Shown: piece after piece, positions 41,002 to 49,882 of the stretch
Numbering within the stretch: position 1 is the stretch's first letter
How the letters are laid out: each line of letters begins with the position of its first letter
NCBI GenBank assembly: GCA_041661765.1
Contig: JBAZTV010000002.1
Span: 139,130 to 203,129 of the forward strand
Direction: 5' to 3'
Source: Candidatus Shapirobacteria bacterium
GTDB taxonomy: Bacteria > Patescibacteriota > Microgenomatia > UBA12405
Length of the DNA stretch: 64,000 nt
Program-made: the position numbers and the translations under genes
The notes under the pieces: model-generated
What the model saw: only the letters and a program-made list of their open reading frames with translations
Databases searched by the model: none
Told to the model about the DNA's origin: nothing

Positions 41002-42654
41002 GTGCAAAATTCAAGGTCTAAAATATTATCTATCGCTCTCACTTTTTGTTTTATAATCGTTTCTTTCCGTTTTTTTTATTGGCAAGTTTTAAAAGCCCCA
41101 GAATTAAAAGAGAAAGCTAAAAACCAAACTTATAAACTTGAAAAAATATTACCTGAACGTGGAAAAATATATTCTTCTGATAATTTTCCCTTAGTTTTAA
41201 ATCAAACTACTTATCAACTTTCTCTTTATAAACCAAATTTTAAAGAAGATTTTGATAAAATTTTAGATCAAATTGAACAAGCTTATCCAAATTTCAAAAC
41301 TGAAAATATTGAATCAATCGACAAATTTAAAAATAACCCAAATCAAAAATGGATAACTTTTAACTCTGCCTTAAATGAAAAACAAAAAAAAATATTAGAT
41401 ATACCTGGGATTGAATTTCAAAAAATAGAGAAAAGATTTTATCCAGAAAATTCTATGGCCAGAGATATTCTTGGAACCATCGGTAGAGATTTTAGTGGTA
41501 CCCAAATTGGATATGGAGGTCTCGAAGCTTTTTATCAAAAACAATTACAAGGAAAGATTGGTTTTATTTGGGGTCCTCAAGACGCTACTGGAAAAACTAT
41601 TCTAAATAAAAAGAGCTGGAGCTCAGATGCAGCTAATGGTAGGAATATTTTTACTAATATCAATCGCAGTGCTCAATTTTATGTTGAAAAACTTCTCCAA
41701 GAAGGCATTGATAAATTTTCCGCTGATTCTGGATCAATTACTATCATTGAACCAAAAACTGGAGCAATTTTAGCTATGGCTTCACTAACTGCCACCAGTT
41801 CCGCCACTCCCAGTTCTATTAGAAATCCCGCCATTTCCGATCTTTTTGAACCAGGATCTATATTTAAACCTCTAATCGTTTCCATGGCTCTCGACACCAA
41901 AACTATTGACACTAATTATATTTGCACAAAATGCAACCAATCCCATATTATTGGTAAATATAATATTAGTAATTGGGATAGTGAATTTCATGCTGATTCT
42001 AGTCTTCAAGATATTATTAAAAACTCCGATAATATTGGTATGAGCTATATTATTGCCAAACTCGGTAAGGAAAATTTCTTAAATTATTATCAAAAACTCG
42101 GACTCACCCAAAAAACTGGAATTGATCTTCAGGGTGAAGCTAAGCCAACCATGAAAACCGAATGGCCAGAAATTGATTTAGCCACTGCCTCTTTTGGACA
42201 AGGAATTGTCGTCACTCAAATCGGCATGCTTCAAGCCTTTAATACTATTGCCAACGACGGTATTTTAGTTAAACCAAAAATCGTCAATTATTTTACTGAA
42301 AACGATAAAATTATTAAAAATAAAAATCAAAAAGAATTCCAAGTTTTTAATCAACAAACAATTAAAGATATTAAATCAATATTAAAATACTCAGTCGAAA
42401 ATGGTGTTGTTACCAAAATGAAACCAGAAAATCTTGAAGTTTGTGCCAAAAGCGGCACCGCACAAGTAGCTATTGGTGGTAGTTATGAAAATAATTCTTC
42501 CACTATCGCCTCATACATTGGATTTTCTCCCTGTTATAATCCCAAATTTACCATGATTGTCACCATTAATAATCCAAAAACTTCACCGTGGGGATCGAGT
42601 ACCGCTGCTCCAATTTGGTATGAGTTAGCATCAAAATTAAACGATTTGTTATAA
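41002..42654 (+). CDS. ftsI: class B penicillin-binding protein (transpeptidase)
   Basis: SxxK (SIFKP), SxN (KNSDNIG) and KSGT (AKSGTAQ) motifs. There is an N-terminal TM anchor. Confidence 0.85.
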   Translation: MQNSRSKILSIALTFCFIIVSFRFFYWQVLKAPELKEKAKNQTYKLEKILPERGKIYSSDNFPLVLNQTTYQLSLYKPNFKEDFDKILDQIEQAYPNFKTENIESIDKFKNNPNQKWITFNSALNEKQKKILDIPGIEFQKIEKRFYPENSMARDILGTIGRDFSGTQIGYGGLEAFYQKQLQGKIGFIWGPQDATGKTILNKKSWSSDAANGRNIFTNINRSAQFYVEKLLQEGIDKFSADSGSITIIEPKTGAILAMASLTATSSATPSSIRNPAISDLFEPGSIFKPLIVSMALDTKTIDTNYICTKCNQSHIIGKYNISNWDSEFHADSSLQDIIKNSDNIGMSYIIAKLGKENFLNYYQKLGLTQKTGIDLQGEAKPTMKTEWPEIDLATASFGQGIVVTQIGMLQAFNTIANDGILVKPKIVNYFTENDKIIKNKNQKEFQVFNQQTIKDIKSILKYSVENGVVTKMKPENLEVCAKSGTAQVAIGGSYENNSSTIASYIGFSPCYNPKFTMIVTINNPKTSPWGSSTAAPIWYELASKLNDLL

Positions 42655-42667
42655 TTGAATACTTTCA

Positions 42668-43969
42668 ATGGTTCAAAAATTAAAAAACGTCCTTCTCCAT
42701 CTACCAAAAAGTTTTTTTTACAATTTAAAGTACGGTTTTCCAAGTAAAAAATTAACTCTAATTGGTATCACTGGAACAGACGGTAAAACTACTACTTGCA
42801 CCCTAGTCAATGAAATATTAAAACAATCTGGTCTAAAAACTGGGTTAATCACTACTATTGGTGCAAAAATTGGCGATAAAGAAATAGATACTGGTTTTCA
42901 CACCACCACTCCAGATCCATCTATTCTCCAAAAAATTTTTACCGATATGGTAAAGGCTGGAATAACCCATGTTGTCTGCGAAGTTACCTCACATGCTCTT
43001 GATCAATACCGTTTTTGGGGTTGTAATTTTGAAGTTTCTGGTATCACCAATACCTCACACGAACATCTCGATTATCATAAAAATATAGAATCTTATATTG
43101 GAACTAAAGCTAAGCTTTTTTCAATTTCTAAAAGTGCTGTTTTAAATAAAGACGATCAATCTTTCGACATAATTAAAAAACAAATCAAAATCCCTTTTAA
43201 AACATTTAGTATTAAAAAAACTTCAGATTATCAAGCCCAAAAAATTAAATTAGATTCAAATTCATTAAGTTTTCATGTTAATGGTCAAAAATTTACCACC
43301 GACAGTAATTATGAATATCAGGTTTATAACATTCTGTTGGCCACTGCAATTTGTTATAAATTAGAAATAAATTCAGAAATAATTCAACGAGTAATAAAAC
43401 ATTTTCCAGAAACAAAAGGTCGTCGAGAAGAAATCCAAAATGACCTTAAATTTAAAACAATCATTGATTTTGCTCACACTCCATTTGCTCTTGAATCATC
43501 ACTTTCTTCACTTAACAAAACTAATCAAGGAAATACTATCGTTATTTTTGGAGCCACTGGTGGACGAGACCAAAGTAAACGCCCAATAATGGGTGAAATT
43601 GTTTCTAAGTTAGCCAACATCGCCTTAATCACTTCGGATGATACTAGAAACGAAAAAATAGAAAATATTAATAAACAAATAATAAGTGGTATTGATCCAA
43701 AAAAATCAGAACTAATTGATTATCAAGAAATTAAAAATAAAAAGCAAATTCAAAAAGTACTCGAATTATCCAATAAAAAATTTATATATTTTAATATTCC
43801 CAATCGTCAAGACGCCTTTAATTTAGCCATAAAATTAGCTCAACCAAACGATGTTGTTATTGCCTGTGGTAAGGGCCATGAAACCACTATTCTCCATGGA
43901 CACACTGAATATCCCTGGTCGGAAGCAGAAGCTTTTAGAACTGCCTTCAGACTTCGAAAAACAAAATAA
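42668..43969 (+). CDS. murE: UDP-MurNAc-tripeptide synthetase (MurE-type Mur ligase, short N-terminus)
   Basis: P-loop IGITGTDGKTTT, GATGGRDQSKRPIMG and TSDDTRNE, which is a variant of the DNPR motif with the Arg retained. Confidence 0.7.
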   Translation: MVQKLKNVLLHLPKSFFYNLKYGFPSKKLTLIGITGTDGKTTTCTLVNEILKQSGLKTGLITTIGAKIGDKEIDTGFHTTTPDPSILQKIFTDMVKAGITHVVCEVTSHALDQYRFWGCNFEVSGITNTSHEHLDYHKNIESYIGTKAKLFSISKSAVLNKDDQSFDIIKKQIKIPFKTFSIKKTSDYQAQKIKLDSNSLSFHVNGQKFTTDSNYEYQVYNILLATAICYKLEINSEIIQRVIKHFPETKGRREEIQNDLKFKTIIDFAHTPFALESSLSSLNKTNQGNTIVIFGATGGRDQSKRPIMGEIVSKLANIALITSDDTRNEKIENINKQIISGIDPKKSELIDYQEIKNKKQIQKVLELSNKKFIYFNIPNRQDAFNLAIKLAQPNDVVIACGKGHETTILHGHTEYPWSEAEAFRTAFRLRKTK

Positions 43970-43970
43970 T

Positions 43971-44579
43971 ATGACTCAGTTTAATTTAAAAAATACCAAT
44001 AATATTGATCAAAATTATAAAAATGGTCTCCTTCCTCAAAGAAACGACAAAAATTTATTTTATTCTCAATCCAGCAGCCGTTCTAATTTAAAAAACTTCA
44101 ACTTAAATTCAGAAAATCGCCGAATTTTAAGAAAAACAGATGACTTTAGTTTTGAGAAAATGCTTTTAAAAGATTTTAATTATAACGTCAAAGTTCAAAA
44201 AGAAATCTCTACTTGGATAAAAACACTTGATTGGAATTTTCCAATAAGTTCAATTAAAAATGTTTTCAAAAATCATATTTTTAATTATATATATATATGG
44301 AAAGATAAACAAAAAAATATCATTGCTTACTCTCTTTGTTATTTCTCAAAAGATATTAGCCATATCGCCTACGTTTTTTACAACCCAAAATTAACCCATG
44401 AAAATTTACCTATCCGCTTAGTTTTACAAGTCATTATCGACAGCCAAAAATTAGGTCTAAAATATTGTTATCTCGGTCGCTTTTCTCAAGATATTGGTTT
44501 TTACAAAAGAAATATGCCAGGTTTTGAATATTTTGAAAACAATCAATGGCTTCCATATAAAAATTTGTTTAAAATTTAA
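43971..44579 (+). CDS. ATE/Bpt-like aminoacyl-tRNA--protein transferase-fold protein (GNAT-like), Cys-less
   Basis: The C-terminus LGLKYCYLGRFSQDIGFYKRNMPGFEYFENNQW resembles the ATE_C core (GLxYxYLGYWI...KMxYKxxFxPxExL...W). The N-terminal F.L.S.ENRRILRK resembles ATE_N. Confidence 0.4.
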   Translation: MTQFNLKNTNNIDQNYKNGLLPQRNDKNLFYSQSSSRSNLKNFNLNSENRRILRKTDDFSFEKMLLKDFNYNVKVQKEISTWIKTLDWNFPISSIKNVFKNHIFNYIYIWKDKQKNIIAYSLCYFSKDISHIAYVFYNPKLTHENLPIRLVLQVIIDSQKLGLKYCYLGRFSQDIGFYKRNMPGFEYFENNQWLPYKNLFKI

Positions 44580-44581
44580 TT

Positions 44582-45955
44582 ATGCATATTCATATTTTAG
44601 GAATCGCCGGAACTATGACTGCCTCATTAGCCATCGCCCTAAAAAAAGAAGGGCACGTTATTACTGGTTCAGATCAAGAAAAAATTTATCCACCTATTAG
44701 TACTATTCTCAAAAAAGCCAACATCAAAATCAATTCTTCAAAAATTAATTCGACTATAGATTTAGCCATAATTGGTTCATCTTTTTCTAATTTTCAAAAA
44801 ACCAAAGAAGAGCTTGAGCAAATAAAAAAATTAAATATCAAATATATTTCCGCCAGTGAGTTTATTGCCCAAAATTTAAGCAAAGAAGACTCTATCTTAA
44901 TTGCCGGAACCTACGGTAAAACCACTATTTCCTCTCTTGTCTCTTGGATTTTTGATCAGGCCAATTTAAACCCCAATTATATGTTCGGCGGAAAAGCACT
45001 TAATCATTTTCCCTCAGTTAATATCTCCCCATCAAATTGGTCTATTATCGAAGCCGATGAATCAATTCATGGTCTCGACACTCAAGCCAAATTTTTATAT
45101 TACCCAGTCAAATTTTTATTACTAACTAGTGCTGATTGGGAACACAAAGATTCTTATTCCACCGAAATTGAAAATTTTAATGCCTTTAAAAAATTAATTT
45201 TAAATGTTCCCACTGATGGAATTTTATTTATAAATTCCCAAGGATATCAAACAAAAGAACTAAGTCTTTATTCAAAATCAAAAATAATTACCTATAATTC
45301 ACCAACTTCTGATTATTTTATAAAAAATATAAAAATCAAAAAAAATTTTTCCATTTTAGACATCAAAACTCCTAGAAATATTATCCAAATCAAAACTAAA
45401 TTAATTGGCCAATTCAACTTTGAAAACATTTTAGCCGCCATCACTATTGTTGATAGTTTAAATATTCCCCAAACTAAAATTAAACAAGCCATTTCAAAAT
45501 TTAAAGGTATTAATCGTCGAATTGAAAAAATTTATGATCATGGAAATATTATTATATTTGATGATTTTGCCCAATCTTCCAATAGAATAAAATCAACTAT
45601 TGCTGCTATAAAATTTCATTATCCAAAAAATAATATCAAAATTTTATACCAACCTCACGCTTCCTTTATTCAACACAAGAAAAGCCTAAAAGAATTTAAA
45701 AACGTTTTTGATTCAGTTTCTGAAGTCGTCTTGTCTAAATTAAGTTTTAATCATAAAGTTGAAAAAAATAATCGTGTCACTGCCAAAGATTTTAAAGAGG
45801 TGGTTGGTAATAAATTAATATATCTTCCCATCGATAAAGATATTTGTTCTTTTTATAAAAAAAATCTCAAAAGTGGCGATATTTTAATTAATATGAGCTC
45901 TGGCGGTTTTAGTGGAAATAAAATTGTAAAATCTATTATTAATTCTTTAAAATAA
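44582..45955 (+). CDS. Mur ligase of the MurC/Mpl clade, with Mpl-like N-terminal signature
   Basis: MHIHILGIAGTMTASLAIALKKEGHVITGSDQEKIYPPISTIL (IHILGIxGTxMxxLA and YPPMST are Mpl-typical). P-loop GTYGKTT. Confidence 0.65.
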   Translation: MHIHILGIAGTMTASLAIALKKEGHVITGSDQEKIYPPISTILKKANIKINSSKINSTIDLAIIGSSFSNFQKTKEELEQIKKLNIKYISASEFIAQNLSKEDSILIAGTYGKTTISSLVSWIFDQANLNPNYMFGGKALNHFPSVNISPSNWSIIEADESIHGLDTQAKFLYYPVKFLLLTSADWEHKDSYSTEIENFNAFKKLILNVPTDGILFINSQGYQTKELSLYSKSKIITYNSPTSDYFIKNIKIKKNFSILDIKTPRNIIQIKTKLIGQFNFENILAAITIVDSLNIPQTKIKQAISKFKGINRRIEKIYDHGNIIIFDDFAQSSNRIKSTIAAIKFHYPKNNIKILYQPHASFIQHKKSLKEFKNVFDSVSEVVLSKLSFNHKVEKNNRVTAKDFKEVVGNKLIYLPIDKDICSFYKKNLKSGDILINMSSGGFSGNKIVKSIINSLK

Positions 45956-45958
45956 TCT

Positions 45959-47287
45959 ATGTCCAGATATATCATTAATGGTGGTAAACCACTTAAAGGT
46001 GAAGTTTCTATTAGAGGTGCCAAAAATGCCAGTTTTAAACAAATTATCGCTTCCATGTTAACCGATAAAACAGTTCAATTAAATAATGTTCCAAAAATTT
46101 CAGATGTCAAAATAACCACCAGTATCGCCAAAAGTTTAGGTTGTCAAATAAACCAAATAGGGGATCACAGTCTAGAATTAAAAACTTCTAAAATAACTAA
46201 TTCAACAGTGCCCAATGGTACTGGTGAAAAATCTAGAACCTCATTTATATTTGTCGCCCCATTACTCACCAGAACTGGAACTGCCATTGTTCCTACTCCA
46301 GGCGGCGATAAATTAGGTAATAGACCATTAGACCGTCTTTTTGATTGTTTTTCAAAAATGAATATTCATTTTTCTGAAACTGAAAATAATATTACATTTA
46401 ACACCGACAAAATTATCGGCACTCATTATACTTTTACAAAACCTTCTCATACCGTCACCGAAGTAATCCTTATGACTGCCACTCTCGCTAACGGCGAAAC
46501 CATCATCGACAACGCTGCTCTTGAACCAGAAATCGATGACTTAATCTTAATGCTAAATCAGATGGGAGCTAATATTCAAAGAGATCTAAAAAATAATAAA
46601 AGAATAATTATTCAAGGTGTATCTAAATTAAAAGGAACTGAACATGATGTAATTTGCGATCGAAATGAAATAGTCACTTTCGCTTGTGCCGCTTTAGCTA
46701 CTAAAGGGTCAGTCTCTATTTTTAGAGTCAAACCAAAAGTTGTTCAAACATTTTTAGAAATTATTGAAAAAATGGGGGCTAAAATTAAAACTGGTAATGA
46801 TGAAATTTATGTTGAATGGGTTAAGCCTTTGACCAATATTGATATTGAAACTGGACCAGAACCAGAATTTATGACCGATTGGCAGGCTATTTTTTCTGTT
46901 CTATTAACTCAAACCGTTGGTTGTAGTTCTATTATCGAAAAGGTCTATCCTAGCCGATTTCAACACATTGAAAATCTTAAAAAAATGGGAGTTAAGGTTA
47001 ATTTTTTCAATCCAGAAATAAATAATCCGAACGAATATTATCAATTTAATAAAGAAAGTGATCGTCCTGAATATTTTCATGGTGTTAAAATTTATGGCCC
47101 TACCAAATTAAAACCATCTAATTTTGTTATTAAAGATCTTCGAGCTGGAGCCTCAGCTACAATTGCTGCTCTAACCGCATCTGGTAAATCAACTATTGAT
47201 GGAGTCGAGTATATTGAGAGGGGATATGAAAAATTAGCTGAGCGTCTTTGGTCTCTAGGTGCTAATATAGAATATATAAAAACATAA
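45959..47287 (+). CDS. murA: UDP-N-acetylglucosamine 1-carboxyvinyltransferase
   Basis: MSRYIINGGKPLKGEVSIRGAKNASFKQIIASML...LDRLF. 442 aa. Confidence 0.9.
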   Translation: MSRYIINGGKPLKGEVSIRGAKNASFKQIIASMLTDKTVQLNNVPKISDVKITTSIAKSLGCQINQIGDHSLELKTSKITNSTVPNGTGEKSRTSFIFVAPLLTRTGTAIVPTPGGDKLGNRPLDRLFDCFSKMNIHFSETENNITFNTDKIIGTHYTFTKPSHTVTEVILMTATLANGETIIDNAALEPEIDDLILMLNQMGANIQRDLKNNKRIIIQGVSKLKGTEHDVICDRNEIVTFACAALATKGSVSIFRVKPKVVQTFLEIIEKMGAKIKTGNDEIYVEWVKPLTNIDIETGPEPEFMTDWQAIFSVLLTQTVGCSSIIEKVYPSRFQHIENLKKMGVKVNFFNPEINNPNEYYQFNKESDRPEYFHGVKIYGPTKLKPSNFVIKDLRAGASATIAALTASGKSTIDGVEYIERGYEKLAERLWSLGANIEYIKT

Positions 47288-47290
47288 TTT

Positions 47291-48325
47291 ATGATTCATC
47301 TATATCTAGGACTACTTCTCTTTTCTTTTTTAATCACCAGTATTTTAGTTATACCTTTCATTAACCTTCTCTATAAATTTAAATTTCAACGACAAACTCA
47401 AAAAACCACTGACTTCCAAAACAAAAGAACTACCATATTCGACAAATTTCACAATCTAAAATCAGGGACACCTGTTGGTGGCGGATTATTGATTATCGCC
47501 ACTGTTTCCATTCTTTTTATATTACTTTTTCCAATTCTTAAATTTTCTCGAATCTTTATTTCATCCAATTACACTATCACCCATGAAATCGCTATTCTAT
47601 TTTTTACTTTCATTAGTTTTGGTATGCTCGGTCTTTATGACGACGTACACAAATTTTTCGGATTCAAAAATACTGGATTCTTCGGCCTAAAAATGATCCA
47701 TAAATTAATTTTACAAATAATAATTTCATTAATCATTTCCTTTATGATTTATTTTCAATTAAAAATTGATTTTATTTATCTACCGTTTTTTGGCGCTATT
47801 AATTTAGGATTTTTCTTTATCCCTATTTCCGTCATTTTTATCACTGGCTTTGCTAATTTCTTTAATATTACTGATGGCTTAGACGGTTTATCTGGCGGAC
47901 TTTTAATGTTTGCTCTTTTTGCGTTTTGGATTTTAGCCAGCACTTCAATGGATACTGTTCTCTCTTCATTTTTAGCTCTCTGGATCGGTTCTCTAATAGC
48001 ATTTCTTTATTTTAATGTTTATCCAGCCAGAATCTGGCTCGGCGATGTTGGGTCACTCTCTTTCGGTGCCACTTTTGCTGTAATTGCTTTACTTTTAGGA
48101 AAAGTCGTTCCTTTAATTATAGTAGGAGCTCCATTCATTATTGAAGGTTTATCCAGTGCTATTCAACTATTCAGTAAAAAATATTTTCATAAAAAAGTTT
48201 TTCCCGCTGCTCCAATTCACCTTACTTTCCAAAACATGGGTTGGGAAGAGCCAAAAATCGTTTTCAGGGCTTGGCTAGCCGGAATTATATTAGCAGTATT
48301 TGGACTATGGTTAGGACTAAATTAG
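47291..48325 (+). CDS. mraY: phospho-N-acetylmuramoyl-pentapeptide transferase
   Basis: FANFFNITDGLDGLSGG and LGDVGSLSFGA motifs. 10 TM helices. Confidence 0.9.
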   Translation: MIHLYLGLLLFSFLITSILVIPFINLLYKFKFQRQTQKTTDFQNKRTTIFDKFHNLKSGTPVGGGLLIIATVSILFILLFPILKFSRIFISSNYTITHEIAILFFTFISFGMLGLYDDVHKFFGFKNTGFFGLKMIHKLILQIIISLIISFMIYFQLKIDFIYLPFFGAINLGFFFIPISVIFITGFANFFNITDGLDGLSGGLLMFALFAFWILASTSMDTVLSSFLALWIGSLIAFLYFNVYPARIWLGDVGSLSFGATFAVIALLLGKVVPLIIVGAPFIIEGLSSAIQLFSKKYFHKKVFPAAPIHLTFQNMGWEEPKIVFRAWLAGIILAVFGLWLGLN

Positions 48326-48846
48326 AACTACAACAAGAGATAGAGAAATATATCGGCTTACCTTATAGTAAGAATATCCTTAAAGACGACAAAATAATCA
48401 AAGAACAATTTCTTGGAGGTAAAGGCAATTGTCGACAAATAGCTACAGAAACTATCCGACTTGCCCAAAAACAAAAAATAGATTTAATTCAATTAAATAA
48501 CCAAGAATTTTATAATTTTCAAAAAAAGAACCATATCGGTATTGATTGTTCTGGCCTTGCCTGTCAATTATTAAATTTTTATTTTAATTCAGAATTAAAT
48601 CCTCGCCAAACTTCCGCCAACATATTGACCTCCACTCCAATTTCAAAAGAAATAAAACCAAATGAAATTAAAACAGGAGATTTGATCCGACAAAAAAACG
48701 GTCATCATGTCTTATTTATCATCGACAAACAAGGCAACACCATTAATTATGTCGACAGTTCATTTTCCGGCAGGGGAGTAAGATATGGAACTGCCGACCT
48801 CACCAATAAATCATTTATCCACCAAGGCTTCTTTCGATTAATTTAA
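48307..48846 (+). CDS. NlpC/P60-like papain-fold cysteine peptidase (putative cell-wall hydrolase)
   Basis: Internal ATG at 48307. The ORF-track start is a TTG inside mraY. IGIDCSGLACQLL provides the catalytic Cys and GDLIRQKNGHHVLFII the His. Confidence 0.4.
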   Translation: MVRTKLELQQEIEKYIGLPYSKNILKDDKIIKEQFLGGKGNCRQIATETIRLAQKQKIDLIQLNNQEFYNFQKKNHIGIDCSGLACQLLNFYFNSELNPRQTSANILTSTPISKEIKPNEIKTGDLIRQKNGHHVLFIIDKQGNTINYVDSSFSGRGVRYGTADLTNKSFIHQGFFRLI

Positions 48847-48861
48847 AATAAAAATCAAAAT

Positions 48862-49020
48862 CTATTTTTCCTCGATTAATTCTCGATATTTTAGTGGAGT
48901 CAAAGATAAAATCTCTACCTCAGTCCCACATTCAGGACATTCAATAATATCTCCCACCATTGTGGCTTCTATTAATTCAATTTCTGTTTCACAATCTGGA
49001 CAAATAACTTTTTCGTTCAT
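48862..49020 (-). CDS. 52-aa LysW-like double CPxCG zinc-ribbon protein (absent from the ORF track)
   Basis: The minus-strand translation is MNEKVICPDCETEIELIEATMVGDIIECPECGTEVEILSLTPLKYRELIEEK. Compare Thermus LysW, ...CPECGAELRL...CEDCGAELEVVGLDPLRLE... The C-terminus ends EEK, not the acceptor EDWGE. Confidence 0.45.
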   Translation of the reverse strand: MNEKVICPDCETEIELIEATMVGDIIECPECGTEVEILSLTPLKYRELIEEK

Positions 49021-49060
49021 GTTTTATTAAAATTAATAACTAGTATAATTAAACTATTAT

Positions 49061-49882
49061 ATGGCAAATACACCTTTAATTAAATTAGAAAATGTTTATC
49101 TAAAAAGAGAAGACTTAAACGAAACCGGCTCAGCTAAAGATCGAGCCATGATTTTTCAAATCGAAAATTTAAAAAAACAGGGTTTTAAAACTGCTGTCAT
49201 TTCCAGCACTGGCAATGCCGCCATTTCCGCCGCCTATTTTTGCCACCTTAATCAAATTGACCTAACAATTTTTGTTTCCCCTAAAATCAATAAAACTAAA
49301 TTTGATTTACTCAAAAAGGATGGTGGTCAAATTTTTATTACCGATCAACCAATTAGTGAATCCATAAAATTTTCCAAAAAAAATCACTCCTATCTTCTTC
49401 GTCAATCCACCGACCCCAGTGCCCTAATTGGTTACCAAGAAATTGGCAAAGAATTAATGAATAAACTACCCCAAATTACAAGTATTTTTGTTCCAGTTGG
49501 CAGTGGTACAACCCTTCTAGGAATTTCTCAAACATTGACATCATCAGTTAAAATCTATGCCACTCAACCAGCCAGTAATTGTCCTTTATCAAAATTTTTT
49601 GATTCAAATTATCAACCAGAAACAGAAAATATCACCGATGCACTTTCCGCTAAATATCTTCCTTTAAAATCTCAAATAATTTCTACCATTAAAAACAGTG
49701 GTGGCACTGGTCTGGTCGTTCAAAATAATGAAATTTTAGAAGCCCAAAAAATACTAGAATCAAATAAAATAAAAACATCTCTAGAAGGTGCTTTAGCTTT
49801 TGCTGGCTTTAAAAAAGCCACTAAAAATAATCTAAATATAGGCAGTTATCCAGTAGTGATTCTAACCGGATGCCAAAGATAA
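49061..49882 (+). CDS. PLP-dependent fold-type II enzyme (threonine synthase / Trp-synthase-beta-like)
   Basis: TPLIKLENVYLKREDLNETGSAKDRA carries the PLP Lys. Then STGNAAISAAYF and a Gly-rich loop VGSGTT. At 273 aa it is short. Confidence 0.55.
   Translation: MANTPLIKLENVYLKREDLNETGSAKDRAMIFQIENLKKQGFKTAVISSTGNAAISAAYFCHLNQIDLTIFVSPKINKTKFDLLKKDGGQIFITDQPISESIKFSKKNHSYLLRQSTDPSALIGYQEIGKELMNKLPQITSIFVPVGSGTTLLGISQTLTSSVKIYATQPASNCPLSKFFDSNYQPETENITDALSAKYLPLKSQIISTIKNSGGTGLVVQNNEILEAQKILESNKIKTSLEGALAFAGFKKATKNNLNIGSYPVVILTGCQR

Noticed and set aside
43851-48325. ORF-track starts at 43851 and 48241 (TTG) that overlap the ends of murE and mraY by more than 80 bp
   Set aside because: In-frame ATGs lie directly after the upstream stop at 43971 and 3' of the mraY core at 48307. 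The long overlaps are more likely artefacts of taking the first possible start.
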